64,000 nucleotides of DNA, from assembly GCA_965554225.1 (NCBI GenBank), contig CBEVZC010000002.1, forward strand, positions 746 to 64,745, in the 5' to 3' direction. The first letter of the stretch is position 1. Each line of letters begins with the position of its first letter. The notes under the pieces were generated by a model. It made no database searches. It was given only the letters and a program-made list of their open reading frames with translations, and was not told the origin of the DNA. Shown one piece after another: positions 57,201 through 64,000 of this stretch. This DNA comes from an uncultured bacterium (lineage in GTDB: Bacteria; Bacteroidota; Ignavibacteria; Ignavibacteriales; Melioribacteraceae). Both the position numbers and the translations under genes were made by a program.

Positions 57201-59769
57201 CAATGATGTTGAACTGATGATTCCGAGCAGCGATAACGGAAGAGCTTTGGTAAGTATTGAATCCGGTACAAAAATAATTGATTCCTACTGGGTTGAAATG
57301 AAAAACGGCATAAATAAAGTTAAATTCAAAGCAACTCAAGAAATGACACCAAATGTTTATGCTAATATAACATTGCTGCAGCCGTATGCACAATCAGAAA
57401 ATGATCTACCGATTCGGTTGTACGGTATAATTCCAATATATGTGGAAAATCCCGAAACACATTTAACACCCGTAATTAATATGCCGAATGTTTTAAGACC
57501 TGAAAAAGACTTTGAACTGACTGTCAAAGAGAAAAATAATAGACCAATGACTTATACGATAGCAGTTGTTGATGAAGGTTTGCTGGATTTAACAAGGTTT
57601 AAAACACCAAACCCTTGGAAGTATTTCTACAGCAAAGAAGCTCTGGGTGTAAAATCGTGGGATATATACGATTTAGTTATTGGCGCGTATGGCGGTAAAT
57701 TAGAACACTTGTTAGGTTTGGGTGGAGATGGTGAAGTTCGTAAACCCAAGGGAGGAACTAAACTTAACAGATTTAAACCGATGGTAAGATTTTATGGACC
57801 TTTTACAATCAATGGTGAAGAAAAACACCATAAGATAAATGTTCCGCGCTACATTGGTTCGGTAAGAACCATGGTAGTTGCCGGTTATAAGGGTTCTTTT
57901 GGATATGCGGAAAAAGCCACTCCCGTAAGAAAACCTTTAATGATTCTTGGCACTTTACCAAGAACTCTAGGACCGGGAGAAATTGTTGAGCTGCCTGTCT
58001 CTGTCTTTGTGATGGAAAAGGGAATTAGTGATGTGTCTGTTCATATAAATCCAAATAATCTATTTGAAGTTATAGGGAATAGCTCTAAATCGGTACACTT
58101 TGACAGTAAAGGGGATAAGCTGGTAAAATTCAAAATTAAGGTTAATCCTAAAGTTGGAATTGGAAAGGTTAGTATTAGTGCAAAAAGCGGATCGGAATCT
58201 GCTAAGTATGATATTGCTCTTGAAGTACGGAATCCAAATCCTTATGTAACTAATGTTAAAAGTTATTTCGTTGAATCGAAAAAGGAATGGAATATAAATA
58301 TAAAACCTTTTGGAACCGAAGGTACGAACAAATGCGTTTTAGAAGTTTCGGCAATTCCGCCAATTAATTTGGAAAGTAGATTAAAGTATTTAATTCGCTA
58401 TCCACACGGATGTATTGAGCAGACCACATCAAGTGTGTTTCCTCAATTATATCTCGATAAGTTAATTAAATTGGATGAACAGCAAAAAGAGCGGATCGAC
58501 AACAACATAAAGAAAGGAATTGAGAGGATACAAAAATTTCAGGTTAGCAGTGGTGGACTTTCCTACTGGCCGGGTGGGCACAAAGCTAGTGAATGGGGAA
58601 GTAATTATGGCGGGCACTTTATGGCCGAAGCACATAATAAAGGATATACTTTGCCGAGCGGGTTTTTGCTAAAATGGCAAAACTATCAGAGAAATACCGC
58701 TAGGAATTGGAATAATAGAGCAAATAGATCGGACTTAATTCAAGCATACAGGCTGTACACTCTTGCATTATCAGGTTCGCCTGATCTTGGTTCAATGAAT
58801 AGACTGCTTGAGAGCAAAGGATTATCGAAGACTGCGAAATACCGACTTGCTGCAGCTTATCAGCTAGCCGGTAAACCTGAAGTTGCTGCTAAATTGTTAG
58901 TCGGACTTGATTTCAATGTTAAGGATTATACTGAACTGGCTAATACTTACGGAAGCAGTTTGAGAGATCAAGCCATGATTTTGGAAACTCTGACACTTAT
59001 GAATAGAAGAAATGAAGGTTTTGAATTATTAAAAGCAATTTCCAATCGTATTGTCTTAAATAAATGGTACAGCACTCAAACAAATGCATATGTATTGCTT
59101 GCTATTGGCAAGTTTATTGGAAACGATAATATGACACACGAGGTGAATTTTCAATATAATTTAAACTCCGGTGTTTTTAAACAAATTGTTTCCAACAACC
59201 CAATTGCACAGGAAGATATTCCGGTTAAATATAATACATCTAAATCAATTACTGTTAGAAACCCTAATGATTCACCAATATATGCACGAATTATTCTGGA
59301 AGGTAAACCTCTTATCGGTGATCAATCCGATACTTCCAATAAATTAAAAATGGAAGTAAAATATTTCTTACTGAACGGGAAGGATATTGATCCTGTAAAA
59401 TTAGAGCAAGGAACCGATTTTATTGCTGAAGTAAAAATCACTAATCCTGGTATAATAGATAAAAATTATAAGAATATTGTCCTTACAGAAATTTTCCCAT
59501 CAGGTTGGGAAATAATAAACACCCGGCTTAATAATATAGAGTCTTTCGATCGTGCTTCAAGACCGGAATATATAGATATTAGAGATGATCGAGTTAATTT
59601 TTATTTTAATTTGAATAGAAAGGAAACAAAAACTTTCCGTGTTTTACTAAATGCAAGTTACCTGGGTAAATTTTATTTACCGTCTATTTACTCACAAGCT
59701 ATGTACGATAATACTATAAATGCAAGGAAGCATGGTCAATGGGTAGAAGTTGTTTTACCGGGAAAATAA
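54214..59769 (+). CDS. Bacterial alpha-2-macroglobulin family protein with intact thioester
   Basis: 1851 aa with an N-terminal TM anchor (LAIFGGIIIFVALSLIYLV). Length and MG-domain architecture fit. The thioester motif GCIEQ is encoded at 58408-58422. It is followed by pbpC, as in the classical pair. Confidence 0.92.
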   Translation: MSNMKLAIFGGIIIFVALSLIYLVSQKHTEVPSKDSDYAEFISAYTSGVISRESSIKIRLVQAVDNGEHKEIPSSLDYLEFEPKINGELYWLDKQTIEFTPKEKLMPNTMYVAKLNISKVVKSKKKEKPFIFEFKTIKRQFDVNVIGLKSLSSKNTQYQKLVGTIETSDFEDIGDIKKILTAKFEGKDLPIEWQPGQSRKVHRYVIDSLKRTNSEKNLELYWDGDPIGIENKGQLNVKIPALGEFKLSAANIAHQPQQYLLLRFTDPIKQNQNLRGLVTIDKVPSLRFEVSNNEIKVYPSKRLFGDYTVHVFRGIKNSMNYKMKSDYTRKVAFENLKPAVRLVGKGVIIPNNKNGFILPFEAVNLSAVDVIVTKIFENNMSQFLQVNNIGGSAQLRRIGKPILRKIVKLDQSGIESLHKWNRFSLDLNEIIQKDPGAVYRVKIGFRKKYSLYFCENNITDNSKEKLTEVLPEGVESESSYWNYYDEYYNENYNWRHRDDPCYKAYYGNRRSVSKNIFSSNIGIIAKRGNDGSLLLVTTNIKTTQPIGNVNLHLMDYQKQEIAKIVTNSDGLAETKLNTKPFMVFAEKGNEKGYLRLDDGSSLSISRFDVSGSGIKKGIKGFTYGDRGVWRPGDSLFVTFILEDLNNNVPQNLPIIFELTNPKNQLAQRFVKKRTQTDFYTFKFKTDLNAPTGDWNAKITLGGVKFYKSLKIETVKPNRLKIKFDLKEPYLSAKDNPTVKMKIMWLHGAIGKNLKAKVDVSLARTRTTFKTYSDYAFDDPVIKFNPKPQTIFEGKVDSKGETTFKAKFNLSTEAPGKLKTTFFTKAFEPGGDFSIDRFITDYYPFDTYVGIKLPKGDRSRGMLLTDKDHKVDIVTLNLKGKPVSKKKIEVKLYKISWKWWWDQSEDYQSNYSSNYYESTLAADTISTIDGKGEWKIKVKYPNWGRFLVTAKDLEGGHRTGKIVYIDWPGWAGRAQKAQPGGSAMLSFSSDKKKYFVGNDVELMIPSSDNGRALVSIESGTKIIDSYWVEMKNGINKVKFKATQEMTPNVYANITLLQPYAQSENDLPIRLYGIIPIYVENPETHLTPVINMPNVLRPEKDFELTVKEKNNRPMTYTIAVVDEGLLDLTRFKTPNPWKYFYSKEALGVKSWDIYDLVIGAYGGKLEHLLGLGGDGEVRKPKGGTKLNRFKPMVRFYGPFTINGEEKHHKINVPRYIGSVRTMVVAGYKGSFGYAEKATPVRKPLMILGTLPRTLGPGEIVELPVSVFVMEKGISDVSVHINPNNLFEVIGNSSKSVHFDSKGDKLVKFKIKVNPKVGIGKVSISAKSGSESAKYDIALEVRNPNPYVTNVKSYFVESKKEWNINIKPFGTEGTNKCVLEVSAIPPINLESRLKYLIRYPHGCIEQTTSSVFPQLYLDKLIKLDEQQKERIDNNIKKGIERIQKFQVSSGGLSYWPGGHKASEWGSNYGGHFMAEAHNKGYTLPSGFLLKWQNYQRNTARNWNNRANRSDLIQAYRLYTLALSGSPDLGSMNRLLESKGLSKTAKYRLAAAYQLAGKPEVAAKLLVGLDFNVKDYTELANTYGSSLRDQAMILETLTLMNRRNEGFELLKAISNRIVLNKWYSTQTNAYVLLAIGKFIGNDNMTHEVNFQYNLNSGVFKQIVSNNPIAQEDIPVKYNTSKSITVRNPNDSPIYARIILEGKPLIGDQSDTSNKLKMEVKYFLLNGKDIDPVKLEQGTDFIAEVKITNPGIIDKNYKNIVLTEIFPSGWEIINTRLNNIESFDRASRPEYIDIRDDRVNFYFNLNRKETKTFRVLLNASYLGKFYLPSIYSQAMYDNTINARKHGQWVEVVLPGK

Positions 59770-59777
59770 AATACTTT

Positions 59778-62195
59778 ATGAAATTACATATATCAGATAT
59801 GATAAACGGTAAAATTAAAAATCCGAAGAGAAAACTGATTGCATTTCTTGGCTTTTTATTTTTAATAATAATTTTCTGGAATAGTTTACCTGCTCCTTTG
59901 TTTAATAAACCGTTCTCGTTTGTTCTGGAAGATAAAAACGGCAATCTACTGAATGCGTTAATTGCAAAGGACGGTCAATGGCGGTTCCCGGTTAAGGGTA
60001 ATATCCCGGATAAGTTTAAAACTGCAATTATTCGTTTTGAAGACAAGCGATTTTATTATCATCCCGGAGTAGATTTTTTTGCATTGTTTAGAGCTGCATA
60101 TCAAGACATCAAAGCAGGTAAAATTAAAAGCGGCGGAAGTACTATTACCATGCAGGTAATTCGTATTGCGCGAGAAGGTAAACCGAGAACCATTAAAGAA
60201 AAAATTATTGAAATGGTTTTGGCTTTTCGTCTTGAACTAACTTACAGTAAGCAGGAAATAATATCACTTTATTCTGCTTACTCACCTTTTGGTGGAAATG
60301 TCGTTGGGATTGAAGCTGCCTCTTGGAGATACTTTGGCAGAAAACCACAGCAGCTTTCTTGGGCAGAAGTCTGCATGCTTGCTGTGCTTCCTAATAGTCC
60401 TTCGCTAATACACCCGGGAAAGAATAGAAATTTACTAAAAAAGAAGAGGGATCGTTTACTAAATAGATTATATCTAAATCAAGATATCGATTCTCTTACT
60501 TATGCTCTTTCGATTGAAGAACCGTTACCTAAGAAACTAAAAGCGCTTCCGAACATTGCACCGCATTTAGCTTTTGAAGCTGCCCGGAATCAGGGAAAGG
60601 AAAGTAAAGATTTTAGAGTGCAGTCCACTCTGGATATTAATATTCAGAAACAGGTAAACAATGTTATAAAGGAACATTATAAAAGATTAAAATCTAATTA
60701 TGTGTATAATGCGGCGGCTGTTGTGGCTAGAATAGAAACGGGAGATGTTTTAGCTTATTTAGGAAATACGCGTGATCCAAAAAATAGGAATGAGAATTGG
60801 GTAAATGTTGTTACAGCGCCAAGAAGCTCAGGCAGTATTCTTAAACCGATTTTATATGCTGCAATGTTATCGAGCGGAGAGTTATTACCCAAAACGTTAG
60901 TCCCGGATATCCCTACTCAAATCGGTGGATTTAGTCCGAAAAATTTTAATCTAAGCTACGATGGAGCTGTACCGGCAAATAGAGCTTTAGCTAGGTCGAT
61001 TAACATTCCGGCTGTAAGGTTATTGAGAAGCTACAGAGTTGAACGGTTTTACAATCTACTGAAAAATGTGGGAATAGAAACACTTAATAGACTTCCGGGT
61101 GATTACGGGCTTTCTCTTATTCTAGGCGGAGCGGAAGTTAAGCTTTGGGAAATAGCAGGAGTATATGCATCCATGGCTAGAGTGCTGAAGCATTATTCAA
61201 AATATGGAACAATGTATTCAAAAAATGATTTTCATGAATTAAATTATATTAAGGATAATACGAAATTTCCTAAAAACTCAAACGGTGATTTAGAAGATTA
61301 TTCATTTATAAGTAAGGCCGCACTTTGGATTACTTTCAATGCATTATTAGATGTAGAACGACCAGATAATCAATCGTATTGGCGGGAATTTAGTTCATCT
61401 CAAAAAATTGCATGGAAAACCGGAACGAGTTTCGGGTTTAGAGACGGTTGGGCAATTGGAATTAATAATGAATATGTAGTTGCTGTTTGGACGGGGAATG
61501 CGGATGGCGAAGGAAGGACCGGTTTGACGGGCATATCTAGTGCTGCACCTATTTTATTTGATATATTTAACATACTTCCATTTAGTTCGGGATGGTTCGA
61601 GCAGCCGATGGAAGAAATGACTTACATTGCTACGTGCAAAAAAAGCGGTTATAGAGCATCGGAATTGTGTGAAGAGATTGATTCGATTTGGATTCCAAAT
61701 ACGGGATTGAAATTCCCTGTTTGTCCTTATCATCAATTAATTCATCTGGATGAGTCCGGTAAATATCGTGTTACTTCGTCAAGTGTGTCTCCTTCTAAAA
61801 TGATTCACAAATCTTGGTTTGTTCTTCCTCCGGCAATGGAATACTTTTATGAGAAAAAGAATCATAACTATAAAAAATTACCTCCATTTAGAAACGATTG
61901 CATAAATACTGCAGATAATAATAATCCTATGGATTTAGTATATCCGAGAGATATTAATAAAATTTATATTCCGGTAAACTTAGTGGGAACAACAAGCAGT
62001 ACAATTTTTGAAGTTGCGCATCGCCATTCGAACAGTATTATTTATTGGTATGTGGATAACAAATATTTAGGTGAAACTCAGAACGAGAACAAGATGGCGA
62101 TTAATGCTTCGAAGGGAAATCATAGATTAACGTTAGTAGATAATGATGGGAACATTTTAAAAAAAGACTTTGAAATTTTAAGTGGAAATCAATAG
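59778..62195 (+). CDS. pbpC: Penicillin-binding protein 1C
   Basis: It has GT51 motifs (RFEDKRFYYHPGVD, GGSTITMQ), transpeptidase motifs SGSILKP (SxxK) and KTGTS, and a PBP1C-type C-terminal domain. I prefer ATG 59778, 8 nt after the A2M stop, to the overlapping start at 59739. Confidence 0.92.
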   Translation: MKLHISDMINGKIKNPKRKLIAFLGFLFLIIIFWNSLPAPLFNKPFSFVLEDKNGNLLNALIAKDGQWRFPVKGNIPDKFKTAIIRFEDKRFYYHPGVDFFALFRAAYQDIKAGKIKSGGSTITMQVIRIAREGKPRTIKEKIIEMVLAFRLELTYSKQEIISLYSAYSPFGGNVVGIEAASWRYFGRKPQQLSWAEVCMLAVLPNSPSLIHPGKNRNLLKKKRDRLLNRLYLNQDIDSLTYALSIEEPLPKKLKALPNIAPHLAFEAARNQGKESKDFRVQSTLDINIQKQVNNVIKEHYKRLKSNYVYNAAAVVARIETGDVLAYLGNTRDPKNRNENWVNVVTAPRSSGSILKPILYAAMLSSGELLPKTLVPDIPTQIGGFSPKNFNLSYDGAVPANRALARSINIPAVRLLRSYRVERFYNLLKNVGIETLNRLPGDYGLSLILGGAEVKLWEIAGVYASMARVLKHYSKYGTMYSKNDFHELNYIKDNTKFPKNSNGDLEDYSFISKAALWITFNALLDVERPDNQSYWREFSSSQKIAWKTGTSFGFRDGWAIGINNEYVVAVWTGNADGEGRTGLTGISSAAPILFDIFNILPFSSGWFEQPMEEMTYIATCKKSGYRASELCEEIDSIWIPNTGLKFPVCPYHQLIHLDESGKYRVTSSSVSPSKMIHKSWFVLPPAMEYFYEKKNHNYKKLPPFRNDCINTADNNNPMDLVYPRDINKIYIPVNLVGTTSSTIFEVAHRHSNSIIYWYVDNKYLGETQNENKMAINASKGNHRLTLVDNDGNILKKDFEILSGNQ

Positions 62196-62198
62196 TAT

Positions 62199-62921
62199 TT
62201 ATATCAATCTTACTATAAAATCATCTTCAAAAGGTGAGCTATAATTTATTCCTGCTATAGTATAAGTTTTTTCTGGTATACCAATATCGGCAAGATAAAG
62301 ATCGCCGGTTAATTCAGGTAATAAGCCGGTTTTGGGGAGAGCTAAAGTTAACGTTCTATCCGCTTTAATAAATTTCCCAGGAGTTTCACCGGTTGTTGAA
62401 TTAACACCCGAAGGAACATCCAGAGATAAAGTTTTTGATGGTTGGCCATTTGCCCAGTTTATTATTTCCAAAGAATTTCCTCTTGGAGGAGATTTTAAAC
62501 TATAACCAATTATAGCATCTATAATTAAATCGGGCTTCTCATTTGGCAAATCATTTATTCCGATTTCTAGTCCTTTGGCGGAAAGATAAATTTTATGCTG
62601 GTATGAGGAAACTTCTTTTAAATTTTCCGGATTAGTGATGCAAATTTTTACATTTGCATTCCGGTTAGCCAAATGTCTGGCGGCGCAAATTCCGCCTCCG
62701 CCGTTTCCACCGGTTCCGCAGAGTATAATTATTTTAGAATTTTTCCAATTGCTTCCTAAAATATCAATTGCAGATAAGGCTAAATTTCTACCGGCATTTT
62801 CCATCATTTGGAATAAATTAGGACCTGTATTTTCCGTGGCAATTCGGTCAACTTCAATCATCTGATCAGTAGAAACGGCAGGTACTATTAAACCGGATTT
62901 TGTTCTAAAATGGAGAATCAT
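62199..62921 (-). CDS. NAD(P)H-hydrate epimerase (stand-alone YjeF_N domain)
   Basis: 240 aa. ILCGTGGNGGGGICAARHL is the YjeF_N glycine-rich loop. There is no fused carbohydrate-kinase (dehydratase) domain. Confidence 0.8.
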   Translation of the reverse strand: MILHFRTKSGLIVPAVSTDQMIEVDRIATENTGPNLFQMMENAGRNLALSAIDILGSNWKNSKIIILCGTGGNGGGGICAARHLANRNANVKICITNPENLKEVSSYQHKIYLSAKGLEIGINDLPNEKPDLIIDAIIGYSLKSPPRGNSLEIINWANGQPSKTLSLDVPSGVNSTTGETPGKFIKADRTLTLALPKTGLLPELTGDLYLADIGIPEKTYTIAGINYSSPFEDDFIVRLI

Positions 62922-62945
62922 ATTTATGAAACGATTTTGTGTAGT

Positions 62946-63218
62946 TTACGGATTTTGGAACACAACAGTTTGATTCGGAAATTCTTTCTCAAGCGCTTCT
63001 TTTAATAACTCTTCTATTTTTGCATAACCAAGAAATTGAGAAACCATACAGCACGCTTTAGCTGTTTCGAGAGAATTCATATAAACAAGTAATTCATTCA
63101 AGTCAGCTTTATGTTTTATTCCTTCAATTAGACCTAACTGGGATACGGGTAATCCGGTTTCTGGATCTTTTACTTCATCTAGAATATTAGATAATTTATT
63201 TTTCATTTCTTGATTCAT
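62946..63218 (-). CDS. Small DUF59-like protein
   Basis: 90 aa. ILDEVKDPETGLPVSQLGLIEGI resembles the DUF59 N-terminal signature, but the rest is divergent. It lies 33 nt downstream of the ArsA-like gene. Confidence 0.45.
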   Translation of the reverse strand: MNQEMKNKLSNILDEVKDPETGLPVSQLGLIEGIKHKADLNELLVYMNSLETAKACCMVSQFLGYAKIEELLKEALEKEFPNQTVVFQNP

Positions 63219-63251
63219 TTCTACTCCATAATTATTTTTGAAAGTTTATCA

Positions 63252-64000
63252 TCAGAGCATTCCAGAAAAACTTTCTAAACTATTTAAATAATTATTTAAT
63301 ACGTCAATACCTAAAAGAGGTTTCTCGCTAAGAGGGAATAGCTGAATTCCTTTATACTTAAAATTGTGTTTGATTTTTTTTGTTGAAAATCCGGGATAAT
63401 ATTTATTAATAACTAAATTGCCAATATTTAGATCAAAATCGTGCAGTTTGTTAACAATTAATTCGGATTCGGAAAATGATAACTTATCCGGGTTCATTAC
63501 CAGATTAAGAATAGTTTTACTTTGATCTTCAAATATATTCTTAACTACTTTATAAGAATCAGTTTGTTTTACAAGTCTATTTAGAATTTTATCTCTCTCA
63601 AATTCTTTATTACCCAATTTAACTTTTGTAATTATCTCACGTTTTCTAATAATTTCGTTTCTAAGTTCTAATAATTTATCAAGCCAAAGTATCGAAAGTT
63701 TTGGCAATCCGAAGAATTTTAATGTTAAAGCAGTTGGAGGCATATCGAAGATAATATAATCTTTATTCTTGAATTTTTTTCTAATTTCTTTATAAGCCAT
63801 TAAAAGTGCATATTCCTCAATACCGGGCGAGTATTTTATTACACCTAAATATTTTTCCAAATTTAATGCAGTTAAATAAGAATACATGTGTTTAATTTGA
63901 TGCTCAACGTCCGATAGGTAATTCTTAATCCAGTATTCAATATCAACTTCTTTACCAAGTAAATTATCTGTAAGTTTAAGCGGTTTTTCTTCAAGCTGTA
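63252..64000 (-). CDS. ArsA/GET3-family P-loop ATPase; C-terminal part only, N-terminus beyond the right window edge
   Basis: The frame stays open upstream of the listed Met to nt 64000 (…QLEEKPLKLTDNLLGKEVDIEYWIKNYLSDVEHQIKHMYSYL…). YIIFDMPPTALTLKFFGLP corresponds to the ArsA D-T-A-P-T-G-H switch region in degenerate form. Confidence 0.65.
   Translation of the reverse strand, partial: QLEEKPLKLTDNLLGKEVDIEYWIKNYLSDVEHQIKHMYSYLTALNLEKYLGVIKYSPGIEEYALLMAYKEIRKKFKNKDYIIFDMPPTALTLKFFGLPKLSILWLDKLLELRNEIIRKREIITKVKLGNKEFERDKILNRLVKQTDSYKVVKNIFEDQSKTILNLVMNPDKLSFSESELIVNKLHDFDLNIGNLVINKYYPGFSTKKIKHNFKYKGIQLFPLSEKPLLGIDVLNNYLNSLESFSGML

Noticed and set aside
59739-59777. Upstream start of pbpC overlapping the A2M gene by 31 nt
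   Set aside because: ATG 59778 gives the expected short cytoplasmic tail plus TM helix and lies just after the A2M stop. The upstream extension (MGRSCFTGKIKYF) adds nothing conserved.
1-64000. Search for tRNA, rRNA, tmRNA, RNase P or SRP RNA, CRISPR arrays, transposases, integrases, phage or defence genes, and DnaA-box clusters
   Set aside because: No GGTTCGA-type T-arms in intergenic DNA and no conserved RNase P or tmRNA motifs in the four spacers longer than 300 bp. No recombinase or nuclease-type ORFs. Only isolated TTATCCACA-like 9-mers, and those are inside coding regions. The window looks like ordinary chromosome.

Overview
This is an AT-rich 64-kb chromosomal segment that reads like core genome of an FCB-superphylum bacterium. 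My guess is an Ignavibacteriota-like organism. The basis is three proteins ending in the LSQNYPNPFNP... T9SS type-A sorting domain, Bacteroidota-style TTG / TAnnTTTG promoter-like motifs, and a bacilliredoxin. I call 47 protein-coding genes plus one apparently frameshifted gene; two genes run off the window edges. I found no rRNA, tRNA, CRISPR, transposase, integrase or phage genes.

Recognisable blocks:
- Two tandem ~950-aa BNR/Asp-box beta-propeller T9SS cargo proteins behind a small lipoprotein gene (2.7-8.9 kb).
- A complete sufBCDS operon extended by DUF59, bacilliredoxin and Rrf2 genes (13.6-19.9 kb).
- hisS-rlmB.
- priA.
- A tnaA-DUF4905-AMMECR1-Memo string (35.6-39.2 kb).
- A split eukaryote-like lysine-ketoglutarate reductase / saccharopine dehydrogenase pair (41.3-44.3 kb).
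- A propeller-type sensor kinase.
- The classical alpha-2-macroglobulin + PBP1C pair (54.2-62.2 kb).

Nothing here looks like a defence or mobile island, and I could not identify a clear-cut new multi-gene system. The best candidates for something undescribed are:
1. A family of composite 3'-intergenic elements built from phased 8-bp and exactly 10-bp tandem units (29.6 kb, 39.3 kb, partial copy at 2.6 kb).
2. A self-contained two-gene unit encoding a 566-aa Rossmann-fold protein of unrecognised family, translationally coupled to a divergent Asp/Glu-racemase paralogue (25.1-27.8 kb).
3. Shared operator-like motifs linking otherwise unrelated intergenic regions.

All functional calls come from motif recognition by eye. 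No database search was run.
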